Source: the human T2T-CHM13v2.0 reference genome, Homo sapiens
Assembly: GCF_009914755.1 (NCBI RefSeq)
Contig: NC_060926.1
Reading direction: 5' to 3' (one strand)
Length of the DNA stretch: 64,000 bases
Shown here: piece after piece, positions 26,403 to 43,959 of the stretch
Layout of the letters: each line of letters begins with the position of its first letter
How positions within the stretch are numbered: position 1 is the stretch's first letter
The notes under the pieces: model-generated
What the model saw: only the letters and a program-made list of their open reading frames with translations
Told to the model about the DNA's origin: nothing
Databases searched by the model: none
Program-made: the position numbers and the translations under genes

Positions 26403-27734
26403 TCTCTCCTCCCTTTCCTTTTAATTCAAACTAGTTAGTTTCCTTTGAAGATGTCTTTTGCCAATGTTTCTGAAAACTATTTTTGTTTGAAAATTTCAGG
26501 GTGGAATGGTTTTTTAGATGAAGGAAACTGTATTTGCAATTACAGCTTATAAAGTAGAGAAAACCATAAACTCCCTTTGGCATCAGTTTGACTCAAGGTC
26601 AAAATTAGATTTCCTCCTTCTATAGCATTTGAATCATAAACCCCTCTTTTTGTAAGTAGATAGATTTGGGGTGGAGGGTCAGCTGGGTTCTACAAAATAT
26701 ACTGTATGAATATGAGTCAAAGTATAATTTTAAGTAAACAGCTCACTTAATTTTGACCTTTTCTATTAAAGGGTTTTTTTGGCCTTAGTATTGATGTCAT
26801 TTTATATTTTCTTAATTCAATAACAACTTAGCTTTTAAAATTTCAGATTTACACTATTAAAGGTTAGAACCGTGTATTTTCATATCAGAATGTCTGGTGG
26901 TAGTGATGGTAATTATTACAGAGAAAAGCATTGAGGCCTGCTATGCTACAGAACTATTAGGTGTTGTGAGAAAATGAAAAAGGTACTTACAGAGAAATAA
27001 TTCCTGGCCTTTAGGACCCTATAATATGTAGCTGTCTTTTTTAAGCTTTCATGCCAAACATTCACAAATCAATCTTGAAGTTATCATTTGAGTGGGAAAG
27101 TGTGGGGATTGGACTAGAAAAATCACCTCCTTTACTCCGTTTGATCAACTCTTATTTGAATGCATCACCACACTAATGATTGTGCCTAAAGATAATTGAC
27201 AATTCAAAGTCAAACTCATTTTACACTAATTATCTAATATTCATTTAACTAGTATTTATTTATGAGGTCACAAATCACCAAGCTAAAGGAGTCCCAAAAA
27301 TGTTTCTAAAGAGGCAGGAAAATACACAATCCCATGTTAAGGAACAAGACTTTAAGAGAACTAGAAAATCATTAAAAGGTTGTTAAGCCAGGATCCAAGA
27401 TTAATTTTAGATGATAAATAAATCTGACTTGTGATCAAACAATGAGAATCACATAAAAACATTATGAAATGATAAATTCTACCACCTGACAAGAGGACGG
27501 CACTTAAGTCTTTTTGGCAGATGGTTGGCGGCAGGTGAGTTACTGAGATACATGGTGGTTATTTGGTCTCTTTTTCAATGACTTTCCTTGACTTACTCAG
27601 CCCTTGTCCAAGTGAGTACAAAAATGTGCTGAGAATCATGCAGACTTTGCGTAAAGATAAGTAATATGCATAGCTCCTTAGTTTCCCCCAAGATCATTAA
27701 AAACCTGATATTAATGATGTATAGTGACGTCAGT

Positions 27735-28104
<370 letters not shown>

Positions 28105-30231
28105 TGAGGCACGGCACCCAGCCTAGTACCAATTTCTATCATGATTTGTTGCATCTAGAGCTGAAAGCAATTTTTTTTTGTCATGAAGAAAAACTTTTTT
28201 TAAATTTTCTTAATCTATGTAAGAAGTGCTTTCTAAGATTAGACTATATTTACACATTAAGCAGTGTAAATGTTTATTATGTCAGGCTCTTAAGTGGAGA
28301 TGTGTATGTTTGTTGACTTTTTATTATAGAAAATTTCAGACACCAAAGTGAATCCCACATGCCTAATCTTAACAATTATTAACACAAAGCCAATTTTATT
28401 GCATCTCTAATTCATCTAATTTTCCTGTCCTCTCTACCCTGCTCTTCAAAGTATAATTTTAAAGGAAGCCCAGCTATCATATTTCACGCACATTCAAGGG
28501 GAGGTTTCTGAAGTGAATAGAGCACTGTTCTTTCCATGACTTATGTCCATTTTGGAAAAGTTCAGATTACCCAAGTGGCCACTGTCAGAGAGCCATTTCC
28601 CCAGCCATGACTTTGTTCTCTCAAGTATTATACCTTCCATGTGTAGACTTCCTACGTCACTCACTGATCCGTGACAACACTTTCAGTCTATCTATGAGTA
28701 TTAATGTTAACTTGGTAACATGATTTAAAAGGTATCCAAAGGAATCATTATTCTTTATTATTCATCCATTCCTTCATTTCTTGCTCTAGATGATAGAGGT
28801 ACAGTGTTGAGCAAATTAGACAAAGGGCCTGCCTTCCAATGTGTGTGCTAGAGTTGAGATCAAGAGGCAGGGGCTTACTACTTGGAAGACTCCCCCTTTG
28901 TATGTGGGCAGTGTTGTTCCTGATTCTACCTTAGTTTCCCTCTGGGAAACCCCAACAAAAAGCCCATAGTAGTGAACTAAATAAATATGTAAAACAATGA
29001 TAAACTGGTTTTGTGATTGTTATTGTCATTTTTAAAGCACATGCTTCTTGTATAGCAATTAACAAGTTTTGTGTGTGTCTATTACCACCTCCCCTCTACT
29101 CCCAAATCTCACCCCCACCCTGCAGATTGCTCCACGCAGGTCTGTGAAAATGTGAATGACCACATTTTCATCTCAAAATAAAGTACAATATTTTTCAAAG
29201 CTCTATGTCCAAAATCCAAGGTTCTGAAAATGAAATTTCTAAATAATTAGATGATGTGATGATGGCAATCAGAAAATATGTATAAATCTCTACACAAAAC
29301 TACTATATAATTTAGTACCTATCATATATTATTATCTTAAAATGAATAATGATTATGCAAACTTAGCTCCTTTATAGATCAATCTCTAATTTAAAAACTG
29401 ATGTTTAGAGCTATAAAAGATGTCATTGTTTTTTGCAACATCAAATGATGTCTAATTCAAATTCCTTTGAAAGCCATCTGTAGAACTTTGAGCTTCTGCT
29501 GTTTCAGAATTGACTTTCTTTCTTGACAGGTATTTGATAAAAATAAACTCAATATTTAAGTCACACAGTACATACCTGTAATGAAAAAACATAAAACAAT
29601 GAGCAGACACATAAAAGCTTTCTTTTTTAATTTAAATTTAACTAGTTTTAACTGTTTATTTTTATTTCCCCAATCAAAAGTATTGTAATTTATATGCTCT
29701 GATACAAAGCACTTTCTGTCATTTCTCCTTTGGGAACTGAGAATATAAATGGTTTCTAATTTTGAAGATTCAAAAGATTGAATAGCTGGATGAATTATAA
29801 CTTAAAATTCCCATTAATTTATTTTCAAATGAGGAAAACCCACAACTTTGAGAAACTGATTATTATGGGGAAAAAAGGCCTTGATTTGTAATTGCACCCA
29901 AATATGAAAGCCTACATTTTGTAAGCATAAAGATTACATTCTCTTCAAAAGATTTGCAAATTCTCATAGGCACATAACTTAGAGAATGAGAGAATTGTAA
30001 TTTGAAAAATTACAGATTTCATTGTTTTTGATGTGTGAAACCTATAAACAAATATCAGGAGATTGTATTGCAAAACTGAAAATCCCTTGTTTAGTTTTGT
30101 AAAGGACAGTGCCCTATGTGGCTTACAATCCTGACTTAAAAGAAAAATGCAGAGTAATGCAAAAGACACTCTAATCACTGCATCTAATTACAAAGAAGAA
30201 TAGCTTAGTAAAAATTTTAAGTATCTTTGGG

Positions 30232-30420
30232 CAGGCGTGTGGTCTCGTGGTCAGAGCATGGGATTTCAAGTCAGTAGTCTAAATTTCTATTTTAAACACC
30301 ACTTCTAAATTTCTCCATGACTTTGGGCATGACATTAACTTTATTTTTAAATGAGAACTTGAGATCTGTTCTCGATAATTACAAAGCAGTTTTGAAATCC
30401 TTTAATAGAGGTATAAATCT
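30232..30420 (+). mobile_element. MIR-like fragment
   Basis: tRNA-derived head gcgtgtggtctcgtggtcagagcatgggatttcaagtcag ... tgactttgggca. Confidence 0.6.
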
Positions 30421-30998
30421 AATACTGTAAAAAAATTAACAGAGGGACAGGTGCTTTCTTGACTTCTTGATGAAAAAAATGAAAAACTTACTTGACAAAA
30501 AAAGAAAAGGTAAGGTAAATTAAAACGAATTCAGAAGGTGTTTCTTTACCATTTGCCCTACATAGTAACATTGCTATACCCATGTGTTATTTCAAAGTCA
30601 GTTCAGGACATTATTTAACAATCAACTCACTGATACAGTGACTAATTTTGATAGCTTTCCTCTAAATTGCTCCTTTGCTTTTAAAGAAATGGTAGTCCTC
30701 AGTGGAGCCAACGCTGCTCTTTTCATACTAATTGTTATTGTCACTCTAAGGAACTTGTACTCCACAGTGATGTGCCTGCTTTGTTTTTGTTTATGTGTAG
30801 TGTTTTTTAAGTGTTCCTCCAAGTGCAATAAGTACAGACAAATTACCATGTAAGTTTTCTTTAAACTATTGCTAGATTTCTAGGGATAAATGTAGGTGAT
30901 TCAAATTCTAACATACCTCTATAAATCAATTACCACAGTAATTGTCATTGGGAATAATTAACATTTGAATTCAAGGAATGTGACCTGACTTATAGAAC

Positions 30999-31064
30999 TC
31001 TTCCCTCCCTCCCTCCCTCCCTCCCTTCCTTCCTTCCTTCCTTTTTCTCTTTCTTCTTTCTTTC
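30999..31064. repeat. (CCCT)n(CCTT)n polypyrimidine microsatellite
   Basis: Read directly from the sequence. Confidence 0.9.
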
Positions 31065-32697
31065 AACAGTTTCCGTACTCTACAGATTTTTTTGGATTAT
31101 GATAATCTTGTATGATTTTTAGTACTAGTTTAGCTACTGAATATGCCTTATTGTTGGAAGAATCCACCCAGTCAAATTTGCTAAAATATACAGTATACAA
31201 ACTAGAAACAAAGAGGAAATTCAGGAATAGCATGGTATATTAATACAGCAGGCAATGGGGTTATACAAAATTTGACCAAAATCTCAGCCTCCACACAGAC
31301 CCTCATCATGCCTGATCTATTGCACACTTTCCAGGCAAAAGGTGATCTTTAAAAACAGCAATTCATCAAGATAATGCTGCATGAAAGGAAATGGAGACCA
31401 TTATAAGGCAAAGTAAAACAGCTTAAGGACAGATCTTGTTGTATGTTTTCCTGATTAGAAACACAGTGTATGAATGCCTTGCTAAAGTACTTAAAGCACT
31501 ATTTAATGGTCCAAAGCTCAGGTGAGAAATCACTGAGCTAAAGGATCGAATTCAGACAGAGTCAGTTTGGTCTTCTGGCATTATTCAGGAGGCAAATTAT
31601 AAACTGAACTTTCACTAAATTTGTCCTCTAGGGAAGATTTTTAAATGGAATCTTTGTGAGGTGGTTTGCAGTAGCCCTGATAACTTCAGAGACTGCCTCT
31701 AGATTCCCTGGTGAATTTATGTGAAATAAAAAAGGCAGGAAATCCAACTTATTAAGTTCATAAAATTAAAGTTATACCTATATATTTTTAGAAACCTGAA
31801 CATTTAGGAAAATGTAGATAGTATTTTTTTCTGTATGCAGCAGTTTAATCCTGCATTTATTTCACTAAATTACACCACTCAATTTCCTGTTTAGGTCTGT
31901 TCAATGCATCTTACATTAAAACGTAGTGACAAGAAAGAGAGGAACACTTTAAAACTGGTTATCTAGTTATGAAAAACTAAATTTTCCTTTTTTTTTTTTT
32001 TTTAACAAAACCCTGTGTGATTCTTCATTGTCTTTTTGGGTTCCCAAATCTAACCCTTCTTTACTTCCCCCACCCCCTAAACGTATAATGGAAATAGATT
32101 AAAGACAACAGCAGCTCCTACACCTGTGATGCTGTCCCTCTGAGAAGGAAAAGAAGGAAAAAACATTTAAAACCTGGGAATACATTCTGTCACAACAGAA
32201 CTAGGTACAGTAGTTCAACTTCTAGAATAGGGAATGTAGGATTTTTCACCTTCATTCTTCAGAAGACATTTTTTTCTAAGTATCTATTATAATAACAAAC
32301 TGCAATTCCATGACTACTTTCGTTGATGCTTGAACTTCCTCCAAGAGTTCATATTTCCTCACATTAGCCCCAGTTTTATTCAGTATTACAATGTAATTTT
32401 TGCATTCCAATCCTAAATCTGCTGGAGTACTTTATACAGACATGGGACATTTAACTTGCTGCAATAGGGTCAGAGACTTGGTTGGAAATGTTGGAAAAAA
32501 AAGTCCCTCTGTTGTCTCAATGTATTATTCATCCTGTAAAGCTCTAATTTTATTTTTGACATAGCAAAGCTGTCTCTAAAATGTTACCATGGAACCAGAA
32601 ATAATTATTTTAGTAATGGACCTATGTCCTTTTCATCTTCTTTAGTTTATTTTAAATTTAAAAAATTTTTGCTTTTTTTAAATTTTAAATTAGAACA

Positions 32698-32965
32698 GGC
32701 AAGGCACAGTGGCTCATGCCCGTAATCCTGGCACTTTGGGAGGCCGAGGCAGGCAGATCACTTGAGCCCAGGAGTTCGAGACCAGCCTGGGCAACATGGT
32801 AAAAACCCCTTCTCTACAAAAAGTAGCTGGGCGTGGTGGCGCCTCAGCTACTCAGAAGGCTAAGGCAGGAGGAGATTTTGAGCCCGGGAGGTGAAGGTTT
32901 CAGTGAGCCATGATCGTGCCACCGCACTCCAGCCTTGGTGACAAAGTGAGTCTCTGTCTCTAAAA
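32698..32965 (+). mobile_element. AluJ/S with small deletions
   Basis: Alu dimer with shortened linker. Confidence 0.88.
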
Positions 32966-32989
32966 TATATTTATATTTTATTTATTTAT

Positions 32990-33056
32990 ATGTGGATTTT
33001 CTACGGAGAGGTGAGTCAGTATCCTTAACCCCTACACTGTTCAAGGGTCAACTGTA
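32990..33056. mobile_element. Tigger1 terminal fragment
   Basis: Ends in tgttcaagggtcaactg-ta (Tigger1 TIR plus TA). Confidence 0.7.
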
Positions 33057-33130
33057 TTTCTCCGAAACTATTGCTCCGAGGTAGTCTCATTTATATACGT
33101 TAATTATAATTTTTAACCTAAGTAATTTCT

Positions 33131-33452
<322 letters not shown>

Positions 33453-33714
33453 GTAATTTCTATTTTCATAGAAAATTGGGGAGTGGGAGGGAAAAGAGGT
33501 GGACAACCATGTTACACACCAGCATCCTTGCAGTCCTGCAGAGTTCATGAAAACGTTTAACACAACTTTCTACAGCCATACTTTATACCAATTTTCAAGG
33601 TGGCAAAAATGAACACAGTAAGAAACCCCAAGTTTGTCCTTCTGTGGCATATAAAAATAAGAAGCAAAAGCACAATCTTAAAAGTATGCTTAGTAGGTGC
33701 TGTTCATTTCTCTA

Positions 33715-34135
33715 TCAGCCAGGAAGGATACTGGTTTTGAGGCTGATGTACTTATCAAGGACAATAACTGCCATGGCTTGTCAGTGCTTTGATGAAACCT
33801 CAGATGCATGACCTTCTGGTCAAACATCTGCAATTTCATATTGTTGGAGCATTGTGTTCCTGGAGGTTGTGGCTCTCTATAAGTTTGCTGTGGTTGAACC
33901 AAGAAGGGAAACGTGCAGATTTCTACAAAAATTATGATTCCATGAAAGATTTTAAGGAGATAAGGAAGGCTGGTATCTTTTATAATACAAAATAATTCTG
34001 GAATATGAAGAATTTCTTTGAGTTAAATTGCCTAGAAGTTTGTCACTGACTTGTGTTCCTGAACTATGAAACATGACTATGTGGGCTAAGAAATAATTTC
34101 TCTCTTGACAAATAAACAATTAACAAGTAAAAAAA
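33715..34135 (+). pseudogene. COX6C: Processed pseudogene of cytochrome c oxidase subunit 6C (symbol given is the parent gene)
   Basis: Intronless. COX6C-like 5'UTR (caggaaggatactggttttgagg...tatcaaggacaataactgccATGG, ATG 33773). Peptides KPQM..LL...L.FHIVGA, LEVVALYKFAVVEPR (other frame) and ADFYKNYDSMKDFKEIRKAGIF. Stop at 33993-33995, AATAAA at 34111 and an A-rich remnant. About three frameshifts. Confidence 0.93.
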
Positions 34136-34566
34136 TAGATAATAATCAATGTTATAGTAACTTACAAATTATCTAGGCATTCAATGAATAGCCATTAATT
34201 AATTCAATTTAACATCAGCCTAAGGTTTTAAGTTATCAATAGATCTTGGAAATTATCTCCAAGTTGACATACTATGAAACATAATCACTGCTAAAATAAA
34301 ATTTTGTTAGAGCAATGAGTCAATTTGGTTGAATACATATATAATTTTTATAACTTTAAATATTAAGTAGAAGTAGTGCTAGCTTATTTGATCAGTAAAC
34401 CTGTACAAGTTTAGAAAGAATACACCCAAGTAGAATAAAAATTGATGCTTATATTGTACTTAACACTGATAAATCATAGAAGATAGCTGTTTTGTTATTA
34501 AACCAAAAATATTAAACTAGCCTTGCTTAGCAAAGACTTACCTAAATTATGTGACTTTGACTTGGT

Positions 34567-34863
34567 TTTTTTTTTTTTTTGAGACGGAGTTTCACTCGTT
34601 AGCCAGGCTGACTGGAGTGCAGTGGCACAATCTCTGCTCACCGCAACCTCCGCCTCCTGGGTTCAAGGAATTCTCCTGCCTCAGCCTCCTGAGTAGCTGA
34701 GATTACAGGCATGCACCACCACGCCCGGCTAATTTTTATATTTCTAGAAGAGATGGGGTTTCACCATGTTGGCCAGGATGGTCTCCATCTCTTGACCTCA
34801 TGATCCACCTGCCTCGGCCTCCCAAAGTGCTGGGATTATGGGTGTGAGCCACTGCGCCCAGCC
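34567..34863 (-). mobile_element. AluS
   Basis: Poly-T plus reverse-complement dimer; flanks share tgactt. Confidence 0.92.
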
Positions 34864-35068
34864 AAATTTGACTTCTTAAAACATTTCCTAGTTAGTTGCA
34901 GTAAAAAATACTTCTTAAATCTAGCATACTAAAAGTATTAGAAGTTCAATTTCTTTATTTTCTGGAATTTTAGGAATATTCAATTTATATAATAACTTAG
35001 TTATTTCTATAAGCCAGTCAGAATAGAGCTCCTTACAGAGATTTTATTTTTTTAAAGCGATGAGGTCT

Positions 35069-36088
35069 TGCAAAAATTATGACAGAGATATCTAACATAG
35101 CTGACTCCATCTTGCTTCTAAGCTCACAAGCTAACTGTCCTTGCTCATTTCGGGGCATAGGCCAAGCTAACTATGGGAAGAATTCAGTTTACAGTTTAAC
35201 TTTAAAACAAAGGTGATAACAGTCTTTTACCAAGACTAACCCTTTTGGCTGGGTGTAGTGTCTCACACCTGTAATCCCGGCACTTTGGGAGGCTGAGGTG
35301 GAAGGTTCCCTTGAGCCCGGGAATTTGAGACCAGCCTGGGCAACATGGCAAGACCCTGTCTCTACCTGAAAAAAAAATAATAATAACAATAATAATAAAA
35401 AAGAAAGTAACCCCCTCCTTGCTTGGGGACCAAAACTGCCTTTGTAAAACTAAAATTAGCCACAAGGTTAGAATTATGGTAGAGGCCTGAATTCTATTAG
35501 GATGTAGGCATAGTTAAACTCCAACCAGGCATTGTTTCCTCTGCTAAGATGTATGTAGAGTTTTACTCTAACAAGGCATTGTTTCATAATTTGTCTTTTC
35601 ATAACTGCTTACTGCTCAGGAGTCATGTAGCTGGAGGTCACAAGATTTGTAACTTCCCCAATTATTCCTATAGATAACGTCACTAAGGTAAAATCTAAGA
35701 TTGGTGTTTGAGGCATTTTTCAGAACTTACACTGTGATGGACCAACTGGTGCCACCCAGATCGATAACCCATACCAATAAACTGACTCAACTGGTTTTGT
35801 GACTCCCACCCAGGAACCGACTCAGCACAAGAAGATAGTTTTTACACTCCTGCAATTTCATCCCCAACACAACAATTCAGCGTTCCCCATTCCCTAGCCC
35901 CCTGCCTGCCAAACCATCCTTGAAAAACCATAGCCCACAAATTCTCAGAGGCAAACTTGAAAATTATCTCCCATTCTTTTGTTTGGCTGCCTTGTGGTAA
36001 TTAAACTCTTTCTCTGCTGCAACACCACTGTCTCAGTGTATTGGCTTTACTTGTGCACTGGGCAAGAAGAACCCATTAGGCTTTAACA
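35069..36088 (+). mobile_element. LTR8-family ERV1 LTR interrupted by an Alu monomer (35247-35405)
   Basis: gcaaaaattatgac...gactccatcttgcttctaa...ggtcacaagatttgtaacttcccca...attaaactctttctctgctgcaa...CA. Confidence 0.8.
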
Positions 36089-36572
36089 GATTCTGTTTTT
36101 CTCATTTAAATTTTGCTCTAGGGTGACTTTAGTTTTGGTTTCTATATGGCCAATAAATTATTTCCCATTGGGAATTTGGTTTTATTGTCAGATTATTTGG
36201 TGATCTCTGTAAACAAATAAAAAGTTTATGGAGATCTTGTCTCTGTTGGGTAGGAGGCGACAGAATATCTGGTTTGTTAGTCTTTTCTGTTTGTTTGTCT
36301 ACTTTTATTTCAAATCAATAATTTGTACCCACTGGGAAGAGAACAGCACTTTGACTTGAACTGGTACGTTTTAAGTCAGTTTTCAATTTTAAAATTTCAG
36401 CCATGGTCACTAGCAGACAGGACAGATATACAAACCTATGAATAACAGGCTACAGAGAGCTGCAAAACAACTCAATGAAAATGAACAAGGCTAGAATCCA
36501 ATAGTAACCCAGAAGGGCATGCTAAGAGACAGTGCAGTTTTCCACTGAAACACAGAATGTTTTCTATAATCC

Positions 36573-37086
36573 TGTAGGGGCAAAGGGAACACTTCTTTGA
36601 CCTTAAAAGATTTGCTTAAAAATAAACTGACAAAAGGCAGATTGATTGGAGAAAAGGCCTACAAATTTATTAATGTTCACATGGAGGAGAACCACAGAGT
36701 AATTACCCCATATTCCAGTGGAACCCAAATACCTATATAGCCTTATTTTAAAGGAGAGAGGGAAGATGGGGAATATAGGAAATTCTGTTGAGGGATGATA
36801 ACTGATTATTAGGGAGAATGAATGATCTAGGAGTAGAGATTGAGAGACAGGTATTATGAAAAAATGTGTTCAGGTGTGGTTACATTCTTGGTCGTCTTTT
36901 TGGCAATAAAGAAATAATGGGGAGAGAAAGAAAAAACAATTGTTCTCCTTAGTGAGTCCCTCTGGTCTTCATGTAGATAGGAGAAAAGTCTTTTCCAGAG
37001 TCTGTTGATTTCTGAGGCACTTTAATTCAAAATACTCATCATACCAGGGTGCCATATTTTAGGATAAAGTTCCCTGTGCTCCTGCA
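36573..37086 (-). mobile_element. ERV1 (MER4-group-like) solo LTR
   Basis: TG...CA ends; aaaaggcagatt..ggagaaaaggc.tacaaatttatt (reverse-complement AATAAA); tttaattcaaaata..ca..atacca...gccatatttt. Confidence 0.6.
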
Positions 37087-37112
37087 ATATTTATATTTTT
37101 TATTGCAATGAA

Positions 37113-37812
<700 letters not shown>

Positions 37813-37914
37813 ATAATATGCATATGTAAGAATAAAATGGAGCACTATATTAGACACATTGTATATGCACAGAAAGGATCAGTTCCTCAGCTATCTTAGG
37901 AGGCAGAGCTAGAT

Positions 37915-38080
37915 CAGTGGCTTAATTTTTTTTTTAACTTTACTGTGCCTAAGAATAACCCTGGAAATTCTTTTAAAAATAGAGATTCCGGGGCCCAAAT
38001 CTGTAAATCTGTGAGTTTGGAGTAGAAAGGCACAAAGGACAACTTTTAATGAAGATGGTCCCTGGACCCAGGTGATGGGG
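37915..38080. mobile_element. MER5-like hAT fragment
   Basis: cagtgg...aagaataaccctggaaa..tttaaaaatagagattccggggccc. Confidence 0.45.
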
Positions 38081-38148
38081 CACCAGGTTGTAATAGATGT
38101 GGGGGTAGGAGTTCTCTGCTCTAGTTTGCCTTTCTAAAAGATTTAACA

Positions 38149-38587
<439 letters not shown>

Positions 38588-39634
38588 CTATTGCTTTTGT
38601 CCCAGACGAAACTTTTGTAAGTCGTGACCAACAAAAAGAGAGTCAAAGCTTAAAAAGGAGTAACACCAAGATAAAATGTTTGGTAAAAGGGATAAATTAT
38701 GTTTGAGATGAGAAAGGTATGAACAAACAAACTGAAAAGGGCTGGAGACAAGCAAAACAAAGATGCAGCAGAAATGTGGGGGCAGAAAAGCAACCAAATA
38801 TTATACTAAATGTCATGCGTTTACTTTGGGAATCAGGGAATGAACATTTACACACAGAGAAAAGGAGTCAAAATGAAAAGTAGCAAAAGGTACAGGGACA
38901 CAATGAATGAATAAATAGGAGAGGAAAATTGAATGTCAAATGCAGGAAAAGAACGGTAAAGAGGTTCTGGAATTTATATCATGCCTAATTATTCCCTTAA
39001 GATCCATGAAAAAAGAAAATTCTGCTGAAGGAAAAACACTAAACAATTTATGAAGGGAAGAGCACAGAACCCAGAACCTAAAGGGCAATTCACAATTGGG
39101 AAATTTTTAAGTCAGCAAATGCCCACACAAGGATTTGGTTGAAGGGAATTTGATTATAAAGTCACTAGGGATGACTTAAGGCTTTTTCATGGACTCAGAT
39201 GCCAGGATGAAAGACTGACTTTCAGGGATAGACCAATTTTAAGCAAATTAAAAAAAAAAAAAATTGTGAGAGAAGAAAATCTTCTGGCTATGAATGCTAT
39301 TAAGACAGGATATGGGGTTTTTAAATGAATGTGTTATTTACTATATGCTGATAGAAAGAGATTACATAAACGCTAAAAATCCTGAAAAAAAAATTGAATG
39401 TGGAAAAATTATAAAAGTATAAAACATCTATAGAAAGTTAATTTATCAGTTTGTGCCTGTCCTCCCTATATTTCCTCGTTTTCTCTCCCCCCACATTTCA
39501 AGCAAGAAGCCATGCTGTGTATTCCCTTTGTCAGAAGAGTTGTGTAGCTGTTTAGTTTAGTTTAAAAGCAAAAGTCACTTATATTCAACAAGCTCTTTCT
39601 GTCTTTTGTAAAAGCCAAAATTCATCTAAGATAT

Positions 39635-40511
39635 TGAAGCAGGAAATTTTCCCTGATCCCTTCACAGGCAGGATCTGGAGTATGGGCTCTGGAGTCAGCC
39701 AGCCACTTTGGTGTTCACAGGGGCAAACTCCACTTACTCAAACTGTGAGGGGTTGTGCTCAACCCCTCAAAGGAGGGCGCACACAGGTGAGTGGGTGCAG
39801 GAGCTGGTGTGAGTGCTTTTGGGCACCAGCAGGAGCAAAACTCCGTGTGGTTCCTGAAGCAGCATCCAGGCAAGGGGAACTGGTGACCCCTGAAGCCCCA
39901 GGAGTGTTACAGTCAGCTCTCTTTTACCTTTGCCATCTGCAGATGGCTTACGTGTTGACAGCTCAGTGGCCCTCTGCCTTTTTGCATGAGGCAGCTGCTT
40001 TCTGCCAGCAAGGGCACAGGGTCAGTGTGACAGCCTTTTGCATCTGCACCCATGGTACCTGAGCTCATGTTCAGCATCCAGAAAAAAATCAGGTTGCATG
40101 AATGAATTGAAGGGTGGTGAATGCAGAGGATTTTATTGCCTGTGTAAGTGGCTCTCAGTGGGAAAGGGAGCTGGAAAGGGGACGGAGCAGGAAGGTGATC
40201 TTCTCCTCTCTGAATCCATGCTGTCAAGCTGTCCCTCTGAAGTCAAGCTGCTTTTCTCCAACGTCAAACTGCAGTCTCTGACATCCAGCTGCTTCTCCTC
40301 TTCTCTGCTCTCTGCTGGTGGAGACTGGGGTTTTTATGGGCACAGGATGGGGGTGGGGCAGGCCATGGGTGGTTTTGGAAAAGGCAACATTTGAGCAGGA
40401 AAACAGGAATGCATGTTCACACTTTGGGCCAGGTTCCAGGCTTGAGAGTGGGGCCCTCACCAGATACCCACCCTCTTCTGCTAAGAATTTCCCTGTCTCC
40501 TGACTCTATCA
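39635..40511 (-). mobile_element. Complete ERV1 solo LTR (LTR1/MER52-like)
   Basis: TG...CA termini and 4-bp TSD ATAT (39631-34, 40512-15). Reverse complement starts tgatagagtcaggagacagggaaattcttagcagaagagggtgg. Confidence 0.8.
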
Positions 40512-40778
40512 ATATTATGGTAGGTGCTCCCAATGGGGAGTGGGAAAAGACAGCCAGAAAGGTATCAACTATGCCAGTGGAGTTTTCAAATGTTCTAAAG
40601 GGCTTTCAAAGATGAAAAGGTACTGCAGTACTTAACAATTGTGGTGCTTTTAATAATATCTAATATATTCAAGTTGCAAATGTAAAACTAGTTTTTCTTA
40701 AACCATTAAACACCACTTTGAAATCTAATGAATGTATTTTATTTTATTGTAGATTAAAAAAAATAAAATAGTTCATAC

Positions 40779-41872
<1,094 letters not shown>

Positions 41873-41915
41873 CTATAAAACTGTATACATATATGATTTA
41901 AAGAATAATACAGTT

Positions 41916-42920
<1,005 letters not shown>

Positions 42921-43327
42921 CTTTCATTTATTCTTGATTAATGTTCAATTAATTTATAAGTTCAATACTAAAATTCCTTAAACAGTTAATCCCCCACTTA
43001 CAAAAAAATTATCTTAACCATTGTAAACTATATTGACAAATTTAAGATATATGTTTATCTGAGCCACTTCAAACAACTAACAAGGCAGACTTGTTTCAAT
43101 AAGCAAAATCTAAGATTTATAACTATTATTAGTCTAATGAATGAAACTCATTCATGTGTTCAATCAGGGCTATCTTAAACATTCAAGCACTATTTAAACA
43201 TTTAATTATCTTACATATTTCAAATTAAAATCTTAAGTCTAGCATCAAATTGTCTTAAAGTTTCCTAATTTAAACCACAAGCTAATATATCAAATCCTCT
43301 TTAACTTTTTAAATACTTAAAATAACA

Positions 43328-43674
<347 letters not shown>

Positions 43675-43734
43675 TTATTATTATGAATTCGATTTACTTC
43701 ATCATTGTAAATTGACTTACCTAACTATGGGGCA

Positions 43735-43802
43735 CATACATGCATATATATGTTTATATATATGTTATATATGTTTATGTGTGTGTGTGTATATATATAT
43801 AT
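43735..43802. repeat. (TA)n/(TG)n simple repeat
   Basis: Read directly from the sequence. Confidence 0.85.
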
Positions 43803-43959
43803 GATCACGGGCAGGCTAGAGATCCCAAACTGCTTTATAGATCACTGGTTAGAGATGATACCTCAGTCAAAATTAGATGTTACTTCCAAGACCATTCTAT
43901 CAAAGAAATAAATGAAACCATGGAGTTCTTATTGGGACTTCAGCTTGTTCTATTTATTT

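Noticed and set aside
39634-40615. Cluster of 60-142-aa ORFs
   Set aside because: All lie within or overlap a GC-rich solo LTR; no gag/pol/env similarity.
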